64,000 nucleotides of DNA from an uncultured Bacteroidales bacterium (GTDB taxonomy: Bacteria > Bacteroidota > Bacteroidia > Bacteroidales > GCA-2748055): NCBI GenBank assembly GCA_963779845.1, contig CAVZZV010000001.1, positions 182,125-246,124 of the forward strand. Direction: 5' to 3'. A program made the position numbers and the translations under genes. Shown here in pieces: positions 20,590 to 28,807 of the stretch (positions within the stretch are counted from its first letter, which is position 1; every line of letters begins with the position of its first letter). Under the pieces are notes generated by a model, which was given only the letters and a program-made list of their open reading frames with translations, was not told the DNA's origin and did no database searches.

Positions 20590-20733
20590 GCCGCTTAATT
20601 AATCCTTTAAAAAACATTCCCGGATGTTGTTTGAAACCAAAATCCTTTTCACAATGAAGTCTTCATCCTTTAGGGATACTTTTCCCTACCAGCTAAAATT
20701 ATAGAGAATAACATTTATTTCGCTTAAAAGTTC

Positions 20734-22797
20734 TTACGTAACGGCTGGGGGTGGAATTTCTCCAGGTTCCCCTGCGTGCTTAACAGGATAACGTACCAAT
20801 ATCCAACCCACGAAACCCAATACCAGCAAACCAATTAAATAGGAGGGTTGGTCCAAAACAAAAACCGGAAATTTATCAAATGCGGCAAATACTGCGAACA
20901 CCAATCCTATCAGGGCTTCTCCGGCGATTAATCCGGATGCAAGCAGAACCCCGACATTATCGCTACGGATCCTTTGACCCGGAGAATGTTTTCTTCTTGC
21001 CTGAATATTTTCAACAATTAATTTAAAAACCCCGCCAATGAAAATTGCAAAAGTGGTTTCAAGGGGGAGATACATCCCTACGCATACCAGCATAGGACTC
21101 TTCACCTGCATAAGAATAAAACCGAACCCCATGATCATTCCACTGATTATGAGGGGCCAGGCCATTTGTCCACCGACAATGCCCTGGGAAAGGATCGCCA
21201 TCAGGTTAGCCTGGGGCGCTGAAAGATTTCGGCTTCCAAATCCCCCTTCATAGCCTTCGATCTGCCCTGTTTTGATATCACCCTGGTTGAGATAAAACAG
21301 CACAAAATACATTACCGCACTTGCGGCAATTACTCCTATAATATCCCCAACCTGCATCCTCCAGGGAGTCCCTCCGAGAATGTGACCCGCCTTTAAATCC
21401 TGAAGCATTTCTCCTGCCACAGCGGCACTTACGCAGACAATAGCAGCCACACCCAATGTGGCTGCAACACCTTCATTCCCTTTCACACCAAGGATTACCA
21501 TTATTAAGGCAGTCACAACCAGTGCGGTGAGAGTAAGACCTGAAATAGGATTGTTGCTTGATCCCATGATCCCAACCAGGTATCCCGATACGGCCGCAAA
21601 GAAAAAGGCAAGGATTATCATAACCGTTGCAGCAACAAGGGCAACCAAAAGACTGGTACTAAAGATCAGGTATGTGATGAGAAAGGTCGCGATTGCCACG
21701 CTGACGATACCTGCCATGATCCAGTTAAAACTAATATCCTTTTCATTGCGTGGCACACCGGTATCAATACCTGCCGCCGCTTTTTTCACATCATCGACAG
21801 ACCGGGCCACTCCTGCAAAGAGGCTTTTTCGCATTTTATAAAGGGTGAATATTGCACTAACCAACATACCTCCAATGGCGATTGGCCGGACAATATATTT
21901 CCATACATCGTATGCTTTAGCGACCCAGGCTTTTTGGATGGCTGCTTCCCGGGCAATCCCTTCTGCCTGTGCCATTCCCGCTGCAATGGTATCAATATCG
22001 ATGGAAGGAGCCAGAAAATACAAAATCATTGGAGTGAGTAATCCCCAGGCAACGAGACTTCCACTAAAATTGAGGGAAGCAAGCTTAGGGCCAATAATAT
22101 AACCAACCCCTATATAGGCAGGACTTATTTTCGGGGTACCAATTAAAGCACCTCCCTGGCCGAAAAAGGTTGTTCCGGTAATTTTTTGTTTCGCAAAAAT
22201 TATAAATTTTTCCCAATAGGTCGAAAACAGCCTGAACTCTCCAAGGGCTTTTACCAACCCGCCAATGATCATGGCACCGAAGAGAAATTTCGATCCTCCG
22301 CCACTCTGGCTCGCGGACTTATGGATCTCGGCCGCGGCAACCGATTCAGGAAATGGTAGTTCCGCGTCATCGACCATAACCTTGCGTAATAATGCCACAA
22401 ACATAATTCCCAGCAAACCTCCCGCAATAAGGATAATGGTGGTGATACCGTATGTGAAGTAATTTTCAACCACAACCCCCTCTTGCTGTTTCTGAAGAAA
22501 TACAATGTAGAATGCCGGAATGGTGAAAATTGCGCCTGCCGCGACCGATTCCCCAATTGAACCAACGGTACGGGCAAAATTTTCCTCTAAAATGGAACCG
22601 CGCATAGCCTTAATGAGGGCCATTCCAATTACCGCTGCCGGATAGGTCGCAGCAATCGTCATACCTGCTTTCAAGCCCAGATAGGCATTGGCAGCTCCCA
22701 ATACGATAGCAAGCAGAAGCCCAATGATCAGGGCACGTACAGTAAACTCAGCCATTCTCGTTTCGGCAGAGATGAATGGAACAAATTTTTTATCCAT
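20734..22797 (-). CDS. OPT family oligopeptide transporter
   Basis: ANAYLGLKAGMT, LPFPESVAAAE, GSSNNPISG, LQDLKAGH..G.TPWRMQ, SAPQANLM, LASGLIAGEAL. Confidence 0.96.
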   Translation of the reverse strand: MDKKFVPFISAETRMAEFTVRALIIGLLLAIVLGAANAYLGLKAGMTIAATYPAAVIGMALIKAMRGSILEENFARTVGSIGESVAAGAIFTIPAFYIVFLQKQQEGVVVENYFTYGITTIILIAGGLLGIMFVALLRKVMVDDAELPFPESVAAAEIHKSASQSGGGSKFLFGAMIIGGLVKALGEFRLFSTYWEKFIIFAKQKITGTTFFGQGGALIGTPKISPAYIGVGYIIGPKLASLNFSGSLVAWGLLTPMILYFLAPSIDIDTIAAGMAQAEGIAREAAIQKAWVAKAYDVWKYIVRPIAIGGMLVSAIFTLYKMRKSLFAGVARSVDDVKKAAAGIDTGVPRNEKDISFNWIMAGIVSVAIATFLITYLIFSTSLLVALVAATVMIILAFFFAAVSGYLVGIMGSSNNPISGLTLTALVVTALIMVILGVKGNEGVAATLGVAAIVCVSAAVAGEMLQDLKAGHILGGTPWRMQVGDIIGVIAASAVMYFVLFYLNQGDIKTGQIEGYEGGFGSRNLSAPQANLMAILSQGIVGGQMAWPLIISGMIMGFGFILMQVKSPMLVCVGMYLPLETTFAIFIGGVFKLIVENIQARRKHSPGQRIRSDNVGVLLASGLIAGEALIGLVFAVFAAFDKFPVFVLDQPSYLIGLLVLGFVGWILVRYPVKHAGEPGEIPPPAVT

Positions 22798-22828
22798 GGA
22801 TATTTTTTAAGGGGTTAATTAAATTCAA

Positions 22829-23914
22829 TCACTTAATCAGGGGAAGGTTCAGTAAAATCCCTGCCTGATAAATGCTTATCCGGCCATCATAGAAGATCTT
22901 TCCGGGTAAGGACACCTCCACTTTTGCCAGTTCAGGCAAGCGATAATAAAGGTTATTCTTCATCGTTGAACTGATTTGTATTTTGCTCGTTTTCAATAAT
23001 TCCAGGGTGTGTTGTGGTATAATGGAAAGCCGGAGTTCCTGTCCGTTGGCAGCCTCCTTCTCCATCAATCCTAACTGCGGCGAAAACTTCGCGAGGACAA
23101 ACTCCTGATTATCGGAATTCTCCTCTGGAACAACCAGAAACGAGCGGGTAAATTCCTGTTTTATTGTTTTGCCCAGAAATAGTTCAAGGTATTCTTTTTC
23201 CAGTTGATCCAATTCTTTCAGAGTAATAGCCAGTGCCTGGCCTTCGGGAAAAACCTCCTTTTGCCCTGCCAGTAATTTAAATCTTCTATTCCTTATTCTA
23301 AAGATAAAATTGGCAGCCTCTTCAGCTTTTTGTTCAGTGGTTTTCGCAACTTGTTGCTTTCTCACAATAGGCATTCTAATGAGGGCACTGTCCCGGATTA
23401 TGGTCTTATATAAGGTGTCCGTAATTTCAATAAGGTTCTTCCTGACCGATATATCTGTAAACCAGGGAGGATCAGTTAAATCACTTGATTTCTCAAAGGG
23501 AACTTCGGTACGGATCATTCCGGATGGATCCAGGACGAATCCCGACTGGCCTAAAGCTAAAAAATTCCTTGAATCAAACTCCCCTTTTAATAGGTTGATG
23601 CTATAATACTGATCCGGATCAGGTTCGCGGTGGGTGGTTACTTCCGCTTTTCCTAAATACCACGAAACAGAGGGTTCGGTAATATATCCTTCAATCCCTA
23701 AAAGTCTGTCCGTATATTTCCTGTAAATACCGGGGATCCGGCTCTCCTTTTCGAAAGACAGCCTGACCTCTAAAACAGTTCTGGGCAATACATAAATACT
23801 CCTTTCCTTGGTATTTTCCGGCTCAGATCCCACCTTAGTTACCTGAAACTCGGAAGTGGAAACGCAAGCTTGAAGGATGAATATCAGAATGCTTAATAAT
23901 GAGATTTTTCGCAT
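22829..23914 (-). CDS. DUF4831 family lipoprotein
   Basis: Lipobox ILQAC, YVLPRTVL, KAEEAANFIF.IR..R..LL.G, L..LEKEYLELF.G. Confidence 0.8.
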   Translation of the reverse strand: MRKISLLSILIFILQACVSTSEFQVTKVGSEPENTKERSIYVLPRTVLEVRLSFEKESRIPGIYRKYTDRLLGIEGYITEPSVSWYLGKAEVTTHREPDPDQYYSINLLKGEFDSRNFLALGQSGFVLDPSGMIRTEVPFEKSSDLTDPPWFTDISVRKNLIEITDTLYKTIIRDSALIRMPIVRKQQVAKTTEQKAEEAANFIFRIRNRRFKLLAGQKEVFPEGQALAITLKELDQLEKEYLELFLGKTIKQEFTRSFLVVPEENSDNQEFVLAKFSPQLGLMEKEAANGQELRLSIIPQHTLELLKTSKIQISSTMKNNLYYRLPELAKVEVSLPGKIFYDGRISIYQAGILLNLPLIK

Positions 23915-24004
23915 GGTTTGTTTGGTTTACTTTTCCTTAACCAGAGTTTTCTTCCATATCCGGAATCGACAGAACTTTCAGTAATTATTTTCGGGTTCGG
24001 ACTA

Positions 24005-24012
24005 CAAATCTA
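24005..24012 (-). promoter_or_regulatory. -7 promoter box upstream of DUF4831-OPT
   Basis: Minus-strand TAGATTTG, about 90 nt before the DUF4831 start. Confidence 0.5.
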
Positions 24013-24101
24013 ATAATTTATGAATAAATCACCGAAAATATTAACGCAATATTAGAAAGCCTTCAATAGTCTGAAAAGCAGAAAATGGGAATACCCATCT
24101 T

Positions 24102-25646
24102 TTAATAGATAAAATCAGAGCTTCCTGTCTTTTGCAAACGAGTATGGTTAAAGGCCTTTCCTATGTAATCAATGATGTCCCCTGCCAGAAGTGATTCCAT
24201 GCTTTGGCCTGCTTCAAGAGCGAGATCAGCTGCCAGACCGTGAAGGTACACGCCCAGCACTGCTGCTTCTTCAGGACTGTAAGATTGGGCAAGGAGTGAT
24301 ACGAGCATCCCGGTAAGCACATCCCCGCTTCCCCCTGTCGCCATACCGGGGTTGCCTGAGTTATTGATCCAGCTCTTTCCGTTTGGCAGGGTTACAAAGG
24401 TATTAGCTCCTTTCAGGACAACGATCAGTTTATATTTTGAAGCAAATTCCAGTTGTTTCTGATGTCGTTCCAATCCAGAGGCCGACTCCCCGGCAAGCCG
24501 GTCAAATTCTTTGGGGTGAGGAGTAATTATAGTATTTTCCGGTAGCAATTTAAGCCATTCCGGATTTGATGAAATGATATTCAGTCCGTCCGCATCAACG
24601 ACTAAAGGTTTATCCACTTTGGTAAGCAAACTGAAAATTCCTTTACCAGAATTAGGTCGGCAGGATAAACCCGGACCAACGCCTATGGCATTAAAGCTTT
24701 TAAGGTCGGGAGGCTCGGTAAACATAATATCTGAGGCATCCATGCTGATCAAAGCCTCAGGAATACTTGTCTGGAGAATATCATAACCAAACCGGGGAAT
24801 ATGTGCGGTTACCAAACCCGCACCGGTTCGAAGACAAGCGGTGGTTGTTAATACAGAGGCGCCCATCATCCCATAACATCCGGCAATTATCAGGGCATGA
24901 CCATAGCTCCCCTTATGTGAGAACTTTTCCCTTTTGTGAAGAAGGGACCGAACCAGAAAAGAGGATATGAGCTCGTAATTACTGATAGTTTCCCGGATCG
25001 CCTTGGGGTGCAAGCCTATGGGAACCACCGACCATGCACCCGTGAAAAGATAATTTTCAGAAAAAAAGAAGGAGAGAAAAGGGAACTGAAAGCTAACGGT
25101 TTCATCAGCTTTAACAATATTTTCCAGATTATTGTCCCTGTTGTCCTCCCCAAACAATCCGGAAGGAATGTCAATTGAAATTTTATAAGCGTCTGATGAA
25201 TTGATTTGATGAATAATTTCTGCGGCAAGGCCTTCAGCGGGCCGGGATAGGCCAGATCCAAAAATGGCGTCAATAATTATTGAGTGACAGGGAATTTCCG
25301 GGAGATCCCCTGTTGATTCAATAGGGACCAGGTTGTCCGGAGATATTTTACTAAACCGTTCGAGGTTCATCTTACCATCCCTGGAAAGCTTATCGGTGAA
25401 TTTAATCCATAAAACCGTAACATTAAATTTTCTTTCCGTTAGCAGGCGAGCCACAGCAAATCCATCTCCCCCGTTGTTCCCGGGGCCACAGAAAATAAAG
25501 ATGGGTTTTGAAGAATCAAAGCCTTTCAGGAACCAAAGAGTAAAAGCCCTGGCGGCTCTTTCCATGAGGTCAATTGATTTTAGGGGCTCGTGTTCGATGG
25601 TATATTTGTCTAGTTCGCGAACCGTTGAGGTAGTGAATATTTTCAT
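24102..25646 (-). CDS. nnr: Bifunctional NAD(P)H-hydrate epimerase/dehydratase (YjeF)
   Basis: LMERAA, CGPGNNGGDG, DAIFGSG, DIPSG, HKGSYG, TPHPKEF, ATGGSGDVLTG. Confidence 0.96.
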   Translation of the reverse strand: MKIFTTSTVRELDKYTIEHEPLKSIDLMERAARAFTLWFLKGFDSSKPIFIFCGPGNNGGDGFAVARLLTERKFNVTVLWIKFTDKLSRDGKMNLERFSKISPDNLVPIESTGDLPEIPCHSIIIDAIFGSGLSRPAEGLAAEIIHQINSSDAYKISIDIPSGLFGEDNRDNNLENIVKADETVSFQFPFLSFFFSENYLFTGAWSVVPIGLHPKAIRETISNYELISSFLVRSLLHKREKFSHKGSYGHALIIAGCYGMMGASVLTTTACLRTGAGLVTAHIPRFGYDILQTSIPEALISMDASDIMFTEPPDLKSFNAIGVGPGLSCRPNSGKGIFSLLTKVDKPLVVDADGLNIISSNPEWLKLLPENTIITPHPKEFDRLAGESASGLERHQKQLEFASKYKLIVVLKGANTFVTLPNGKSWINNSGNPGMATGGSGDVLTGMLVSLLAQSYSPEEAAVLGVYLHGLAADLALEAGQSMESLLAGDIIDYIGKAFNHTRLQKTGSSDFIY

Positions 25647-25736
25647 TGCTTTTTTTCAATATTACAAAAAAAATCTGAAAATTGTTCATCCGGTGAGGGT
25701 GACAAATATCAGATAGAATATCGTAAAAAAGATTCC

Positions 25737-25744
25737 TATATTTG
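25737..25744 (+). promoter_or_regulatory. -7 promoter box for the POT-photolyase-ABC permease unit
   Basis: TATATTTG, 40 nt upstream of ATG 25785. Confidence 0.55.
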
Positions 25745-25784
25745 AAAGCTAATTGTAAAAACTTAAAATTCTAAAGCTAAAATT

Positions 25785-27446
25785 ATGTTTAAAGGGCATC
25801 CCAAAGGATTATACGTCGCCTTTTTCGCCAACATGGGAGAGCGATTTGGTTACTATACGATGCTGGCTATTTTCGTTTTATACCTTCAGGCGAAATTTGG
25901 CTGGTCGGCAACCCAGGCTGGAAAAGTGTATGGGACATTCTTATTCGGAATATATTTTCTTCCCCTATTGGGCGGTTATATAGCCGACAACCTTCTGGGG
26001 TATGGTAAAACAATTGCCCTGGGCACGGTCGTCATGTTCCTGGGGTATGCACTCCTGGCTGTCCCGGGAACCGGGGAAACTTTCATTTATCTGGCATTGG
26101 GGGTCATCTCACTTGGAACCGGATTCTTCAAAGGAAACCTGCAGGCACTAGTCGGAAATCTTTATGATGATCCCAAATATGCTCCCTACCGGGATTCAGC
26201 ATTCAACATATTCTATATGGGGATTAATATTGGGGCATTCTTTGCCCCAAATGCAGCCAAAGCAATGAGAAACTGGCTTTTGGAAAGGAATGGTCTGGTC
26301 TATGACAAATCGATTGCCGATCTCGCGCATCAATATCTTAACGGTAATCTTGCCAAAAGTTCCGAGCTGGAAATGGCAGCAAGGACCCAAATGGGAGATG
26401 CTTTTACATCACTTGCTGATTTCAGCCATAAATATATTGATGGGCTGGGACAAGCCTATAATGCAGGCTTTGCTATTGCAGCCATAAGCATGGTTCTGTC
26501 CCTGGCAATTTTCCTCGGTTTCAGAAAATACTACAAATATGCCGATGTTACGCATAAGCAGCAAAAACTGGCCAATGCGGCCAATGTGGTCACCCTCACA
26601 AAGGAACAGACCAAAAACCGCTTAATGGCCATGGGTTTGGTATTCCTCGTGGTCATGTTCTTTTGGATGGCATTCCACCAAAATGGCTTTACCCTTACTA
26701 TTTTTGCACGTGACTATACCGTCGAAACCGTTAGCCGAAGCACGGCCGCGATCTTCAATCTCTCCAGTTTGCTTCCACTCATAACGGTGGTTATAGGTTT
26801 CGTTCTTCTTTTGGGGAAAAATAATTCGGGAAAAACAAAAGGGGCCGGGGCCGGACTCATTGCAATTGGAGCTGTGGTTGCTTATTTTGTCATCAGTGGC
26901 TACCAGGATAGCGGGAATCCCATCTCCCCTGAAATTTTTCAGCAATTTAATCCTATATTTATTGTTTTTCTCACTCCTCTTATCGTTGGATACTTTAGCT
27001 GGCTTAGATCACGGGGAAAAGAACCTTCCTCCCCAAAGAAAATTGGTATCGGAATGATCCTTGCCGGACTTGGATTTACTGTTATGGTCATTGCTTCCCG
27101 CGGATTGCATAGCCCGGCGGAACTTGATGGTGCTATGTCGGACAGCCTGGTGTCGCCCTATTGGCTAATCGGAACATATTTCACCCTTACCATAGCCGAA
27201 TTATTCCTAAGTCCAATTGGGATTTCATTTATTTCAAAAGTTGCCCCTCCACAGTTTAAGGGGCTGGCACAGGGTGGATGGTTCGGTGCCACAGCCTTTG
27301 GAAATCTCCTGGCCGGACTTATCGGTCCTTTCTGGGATAAATGGGAATTATGGCAATTTTTTGCTTTTCTGGTCGTGCTCTGCCTGATCTCAGCACTGTT
27401 TATTTTTTCAATCCTAAGATTGCTGGAGAGAGCTGTAACTTCATAA
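25785..27446 (+). CDS. POT/PTR family proton-dependent di/tripeptide transporter
   Basis: GHPKGL, MGERFGYY (ExxERFxYY variant), GGYIAD..LG, FYMGINIGA, AELFLSPIG. Confidence 0.95.
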   Translation: MFKGHPKGLYVAFFANMGERFGYYTMLAIFVLYLQAKFGWSATQAGKVYGTFLFGIYFLPLLGGYIADNLLGYGKTIALGTVVMFLGYALLAVPGTGETFIYLALGVISLGTGFFKGNLQALVGNLYDDPKYAPYRDSAFNIFYMGINIGAFFAPNAAKAMRNWLLERNGLVYDKSIADLAHQYLNGNLAKSSELEMAARTQMGDAFTSLADFSHKYIDGLGQAYNAGFAIAAISMVLSLAIFLGFRKYYKYADVTHKQQKLANAANVVTLTKEQTKNRLMAMGLVFLVVMFFWMAFHQNGFTLTIFARDYTVETVSRSTAAIFNLSSLLPLITVVIGFVLLLGKNNSGKTKGAGAGLIAIGAVVAYFVISGYQDSGNPISPEIFQQFNPIFIVFLTPLIVGYFSWLRSRGKEPSSPKKIGIGMILAGLGFTVMVIASRGLHSPAELDGAMSDSLVSPYWLIGTYFTLTIAELFLSPIGISFISKVAPPQFKGLAQGGWFGATAFGNLLAGLIGPFWDKWELWQFFAFLVVLCLISALFIFSILRLLERAVTS

Positions 27447-27449
27447 TAT

Positions 27450-28802
27450 ATGGTTCAACCTGAACGGATATTTAAGCTAAAAAATGGCACTGCCGGACAA
27501 GGCAACGTGGTTTACTGGATGAGCAGGGACCAAAGAATGAACGATAACTGGGCTTTGATCCATGCCTCCCGGTTAGCCTCCAGCTTAAATGCTGAACTCG
27601 CGGTTGTGTTTTGCCTGACCGATAAATTTCCGGGAGCAAATATCCGTCATTATGATTTTATGCTTGAGGGTTTGAATGAAGTGTCCGGAAACCTTCAATT
27701 AAAGAATATTCCATTCTACCTTCTAGCGGGAGACCCGGTGGCCAATCTTCGAAAATTTATCGTCGAATATAAGGTTGGCCACCTGGTCACCGATTTTGAT
27801 CCCCTTCGAATTAAGCGGCAATGGAAAGATGAACTAACTGGGGAAACAGACATCACTATAGATGAGGTAGATGCCCACAATATTGTTCCCTGCAGGCTTA
27901 CGAGCAAGAAAAGTGAATTTGGCGCATACACCATTCGTCCTAAAATACAGAAGCATCTTAGGGATTTTTTGGTTGAATTTCCGGATTTGCCGGTACAACA
28001 GAATACAGAGACCTTCAGGATTCAACAAATCGATTGGCTTGACAGCTATAAGCGACTTGATACAGACCGGGAGATTTTCCCTGTGGAATGGATCCATCCA
28101 GGTGAAGCCGCAGCCAGAGACATGATGGAATATTTCCTGGCGACGAAAATCCATTCCTACGCAGAAAAAAGGAATGATCCAAATGCAGACAATTTATCCA
28201 ACTTATCGACCTACCTGCATTACGGCCATTTATCTGCCCAAAGAGTAGCATTGGAAACAATGAAAATCGACCCACAGGACGAGAATACACGTGCTTTTTT
28301 GGATGAATTGATTGTCCGCAAGGAATTATCTGATAATTATTGTTTCTATAATGCTGCCTACGATACCCTTGAAAACATTCCTGATTGGGCCAGGAAAAGC
28401 CTCGATGAACATAAAAGTGATGAGAGGGATTTTATATATAGCACCGAAGATTTTGAATTGGCACGGACACATGAAGACTTGTGGAATGCCGCTCAACGGG
28501 AAATGGTAAATAGCGGAAAAATGCATGGTTATATGCGGATGTATTGGGCCAAAAAAATCCTTGAATGGAGTCCCTCACCAGAAGAGGCTATGAAAACTGC
28601 AACCTACCTCAACGACAAATATGAGCTTGACGGAAGGGATCCCTGCGGCTACAATGGCTGTGCCTGGGCCATAGGCGGATTACATGACCGGGCATGGAAC
28701 GAAAGGCCGGTATATGGAAAGATACGGTACATGAACAGGAATGGGGCTAAGCGTAAATTCAATATTCGGGAATATATTGAAAAATGGTCTGACAGGGAAT
28801 AA
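27450..28802 (+). CDS. phrB: Class II CPD photolyase (deoxyribodipyrimidine photo-lyase)
   Basis: VVYWMSRDQR..DNWAL, EVDAHNIVP, LHYGHLSAQR, ELSDNYC, MHGYMRMYWAKKILEW, LDGRDP.GY. Confidence 0.93.
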   Translation: MVQPERIFKLKNGTAGQGNVVYWMSRDQRMNDNWALIHASRLASSLNAELAVVFCLTDKFPGANIRHYDFMLEGLNEVSGNLQLKNIPFYLLAGDPVANLRKFIVEYKVGHLVTDFDPLRIKRQWKDELTGETDITIDEVDAHNIVPCRLTSKKSEFGAYTIRPKIQKHLRDFLVEFPDLPVQQNTETFRIQQIDWLDSYKRLDTDREIFPVEWIHPGEAAARDMMEYFLATKIHSYAEKRNDPNADNLSNLSTYLHYGHLSAQRVALETMKIDPQDENTRAFLDELIVRKELSDNYCFYNAAYDTLENIPDWARKSLDEHKSDERDFIYSTEDFELARTHEDLWNAAQREMVNSGKMHGYMRMYWAKKILEWSPSPEEAMKTATYLNDKYELDGRDPCGYNGCAWAIGGLHDRAWNERPVYGKIRYMNRNGAKRKFNIREYIEKWSDRE

Positions 28803-28807
28803 AATAA

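Noticed and set aside
20660-20720. 14-codon ORF (MLFSIILAGREKYP) upstream of pqqD as a RiPP precursor
   Set aside because: It is too short, has no leader/core character and has no modifying enzyme nearby.
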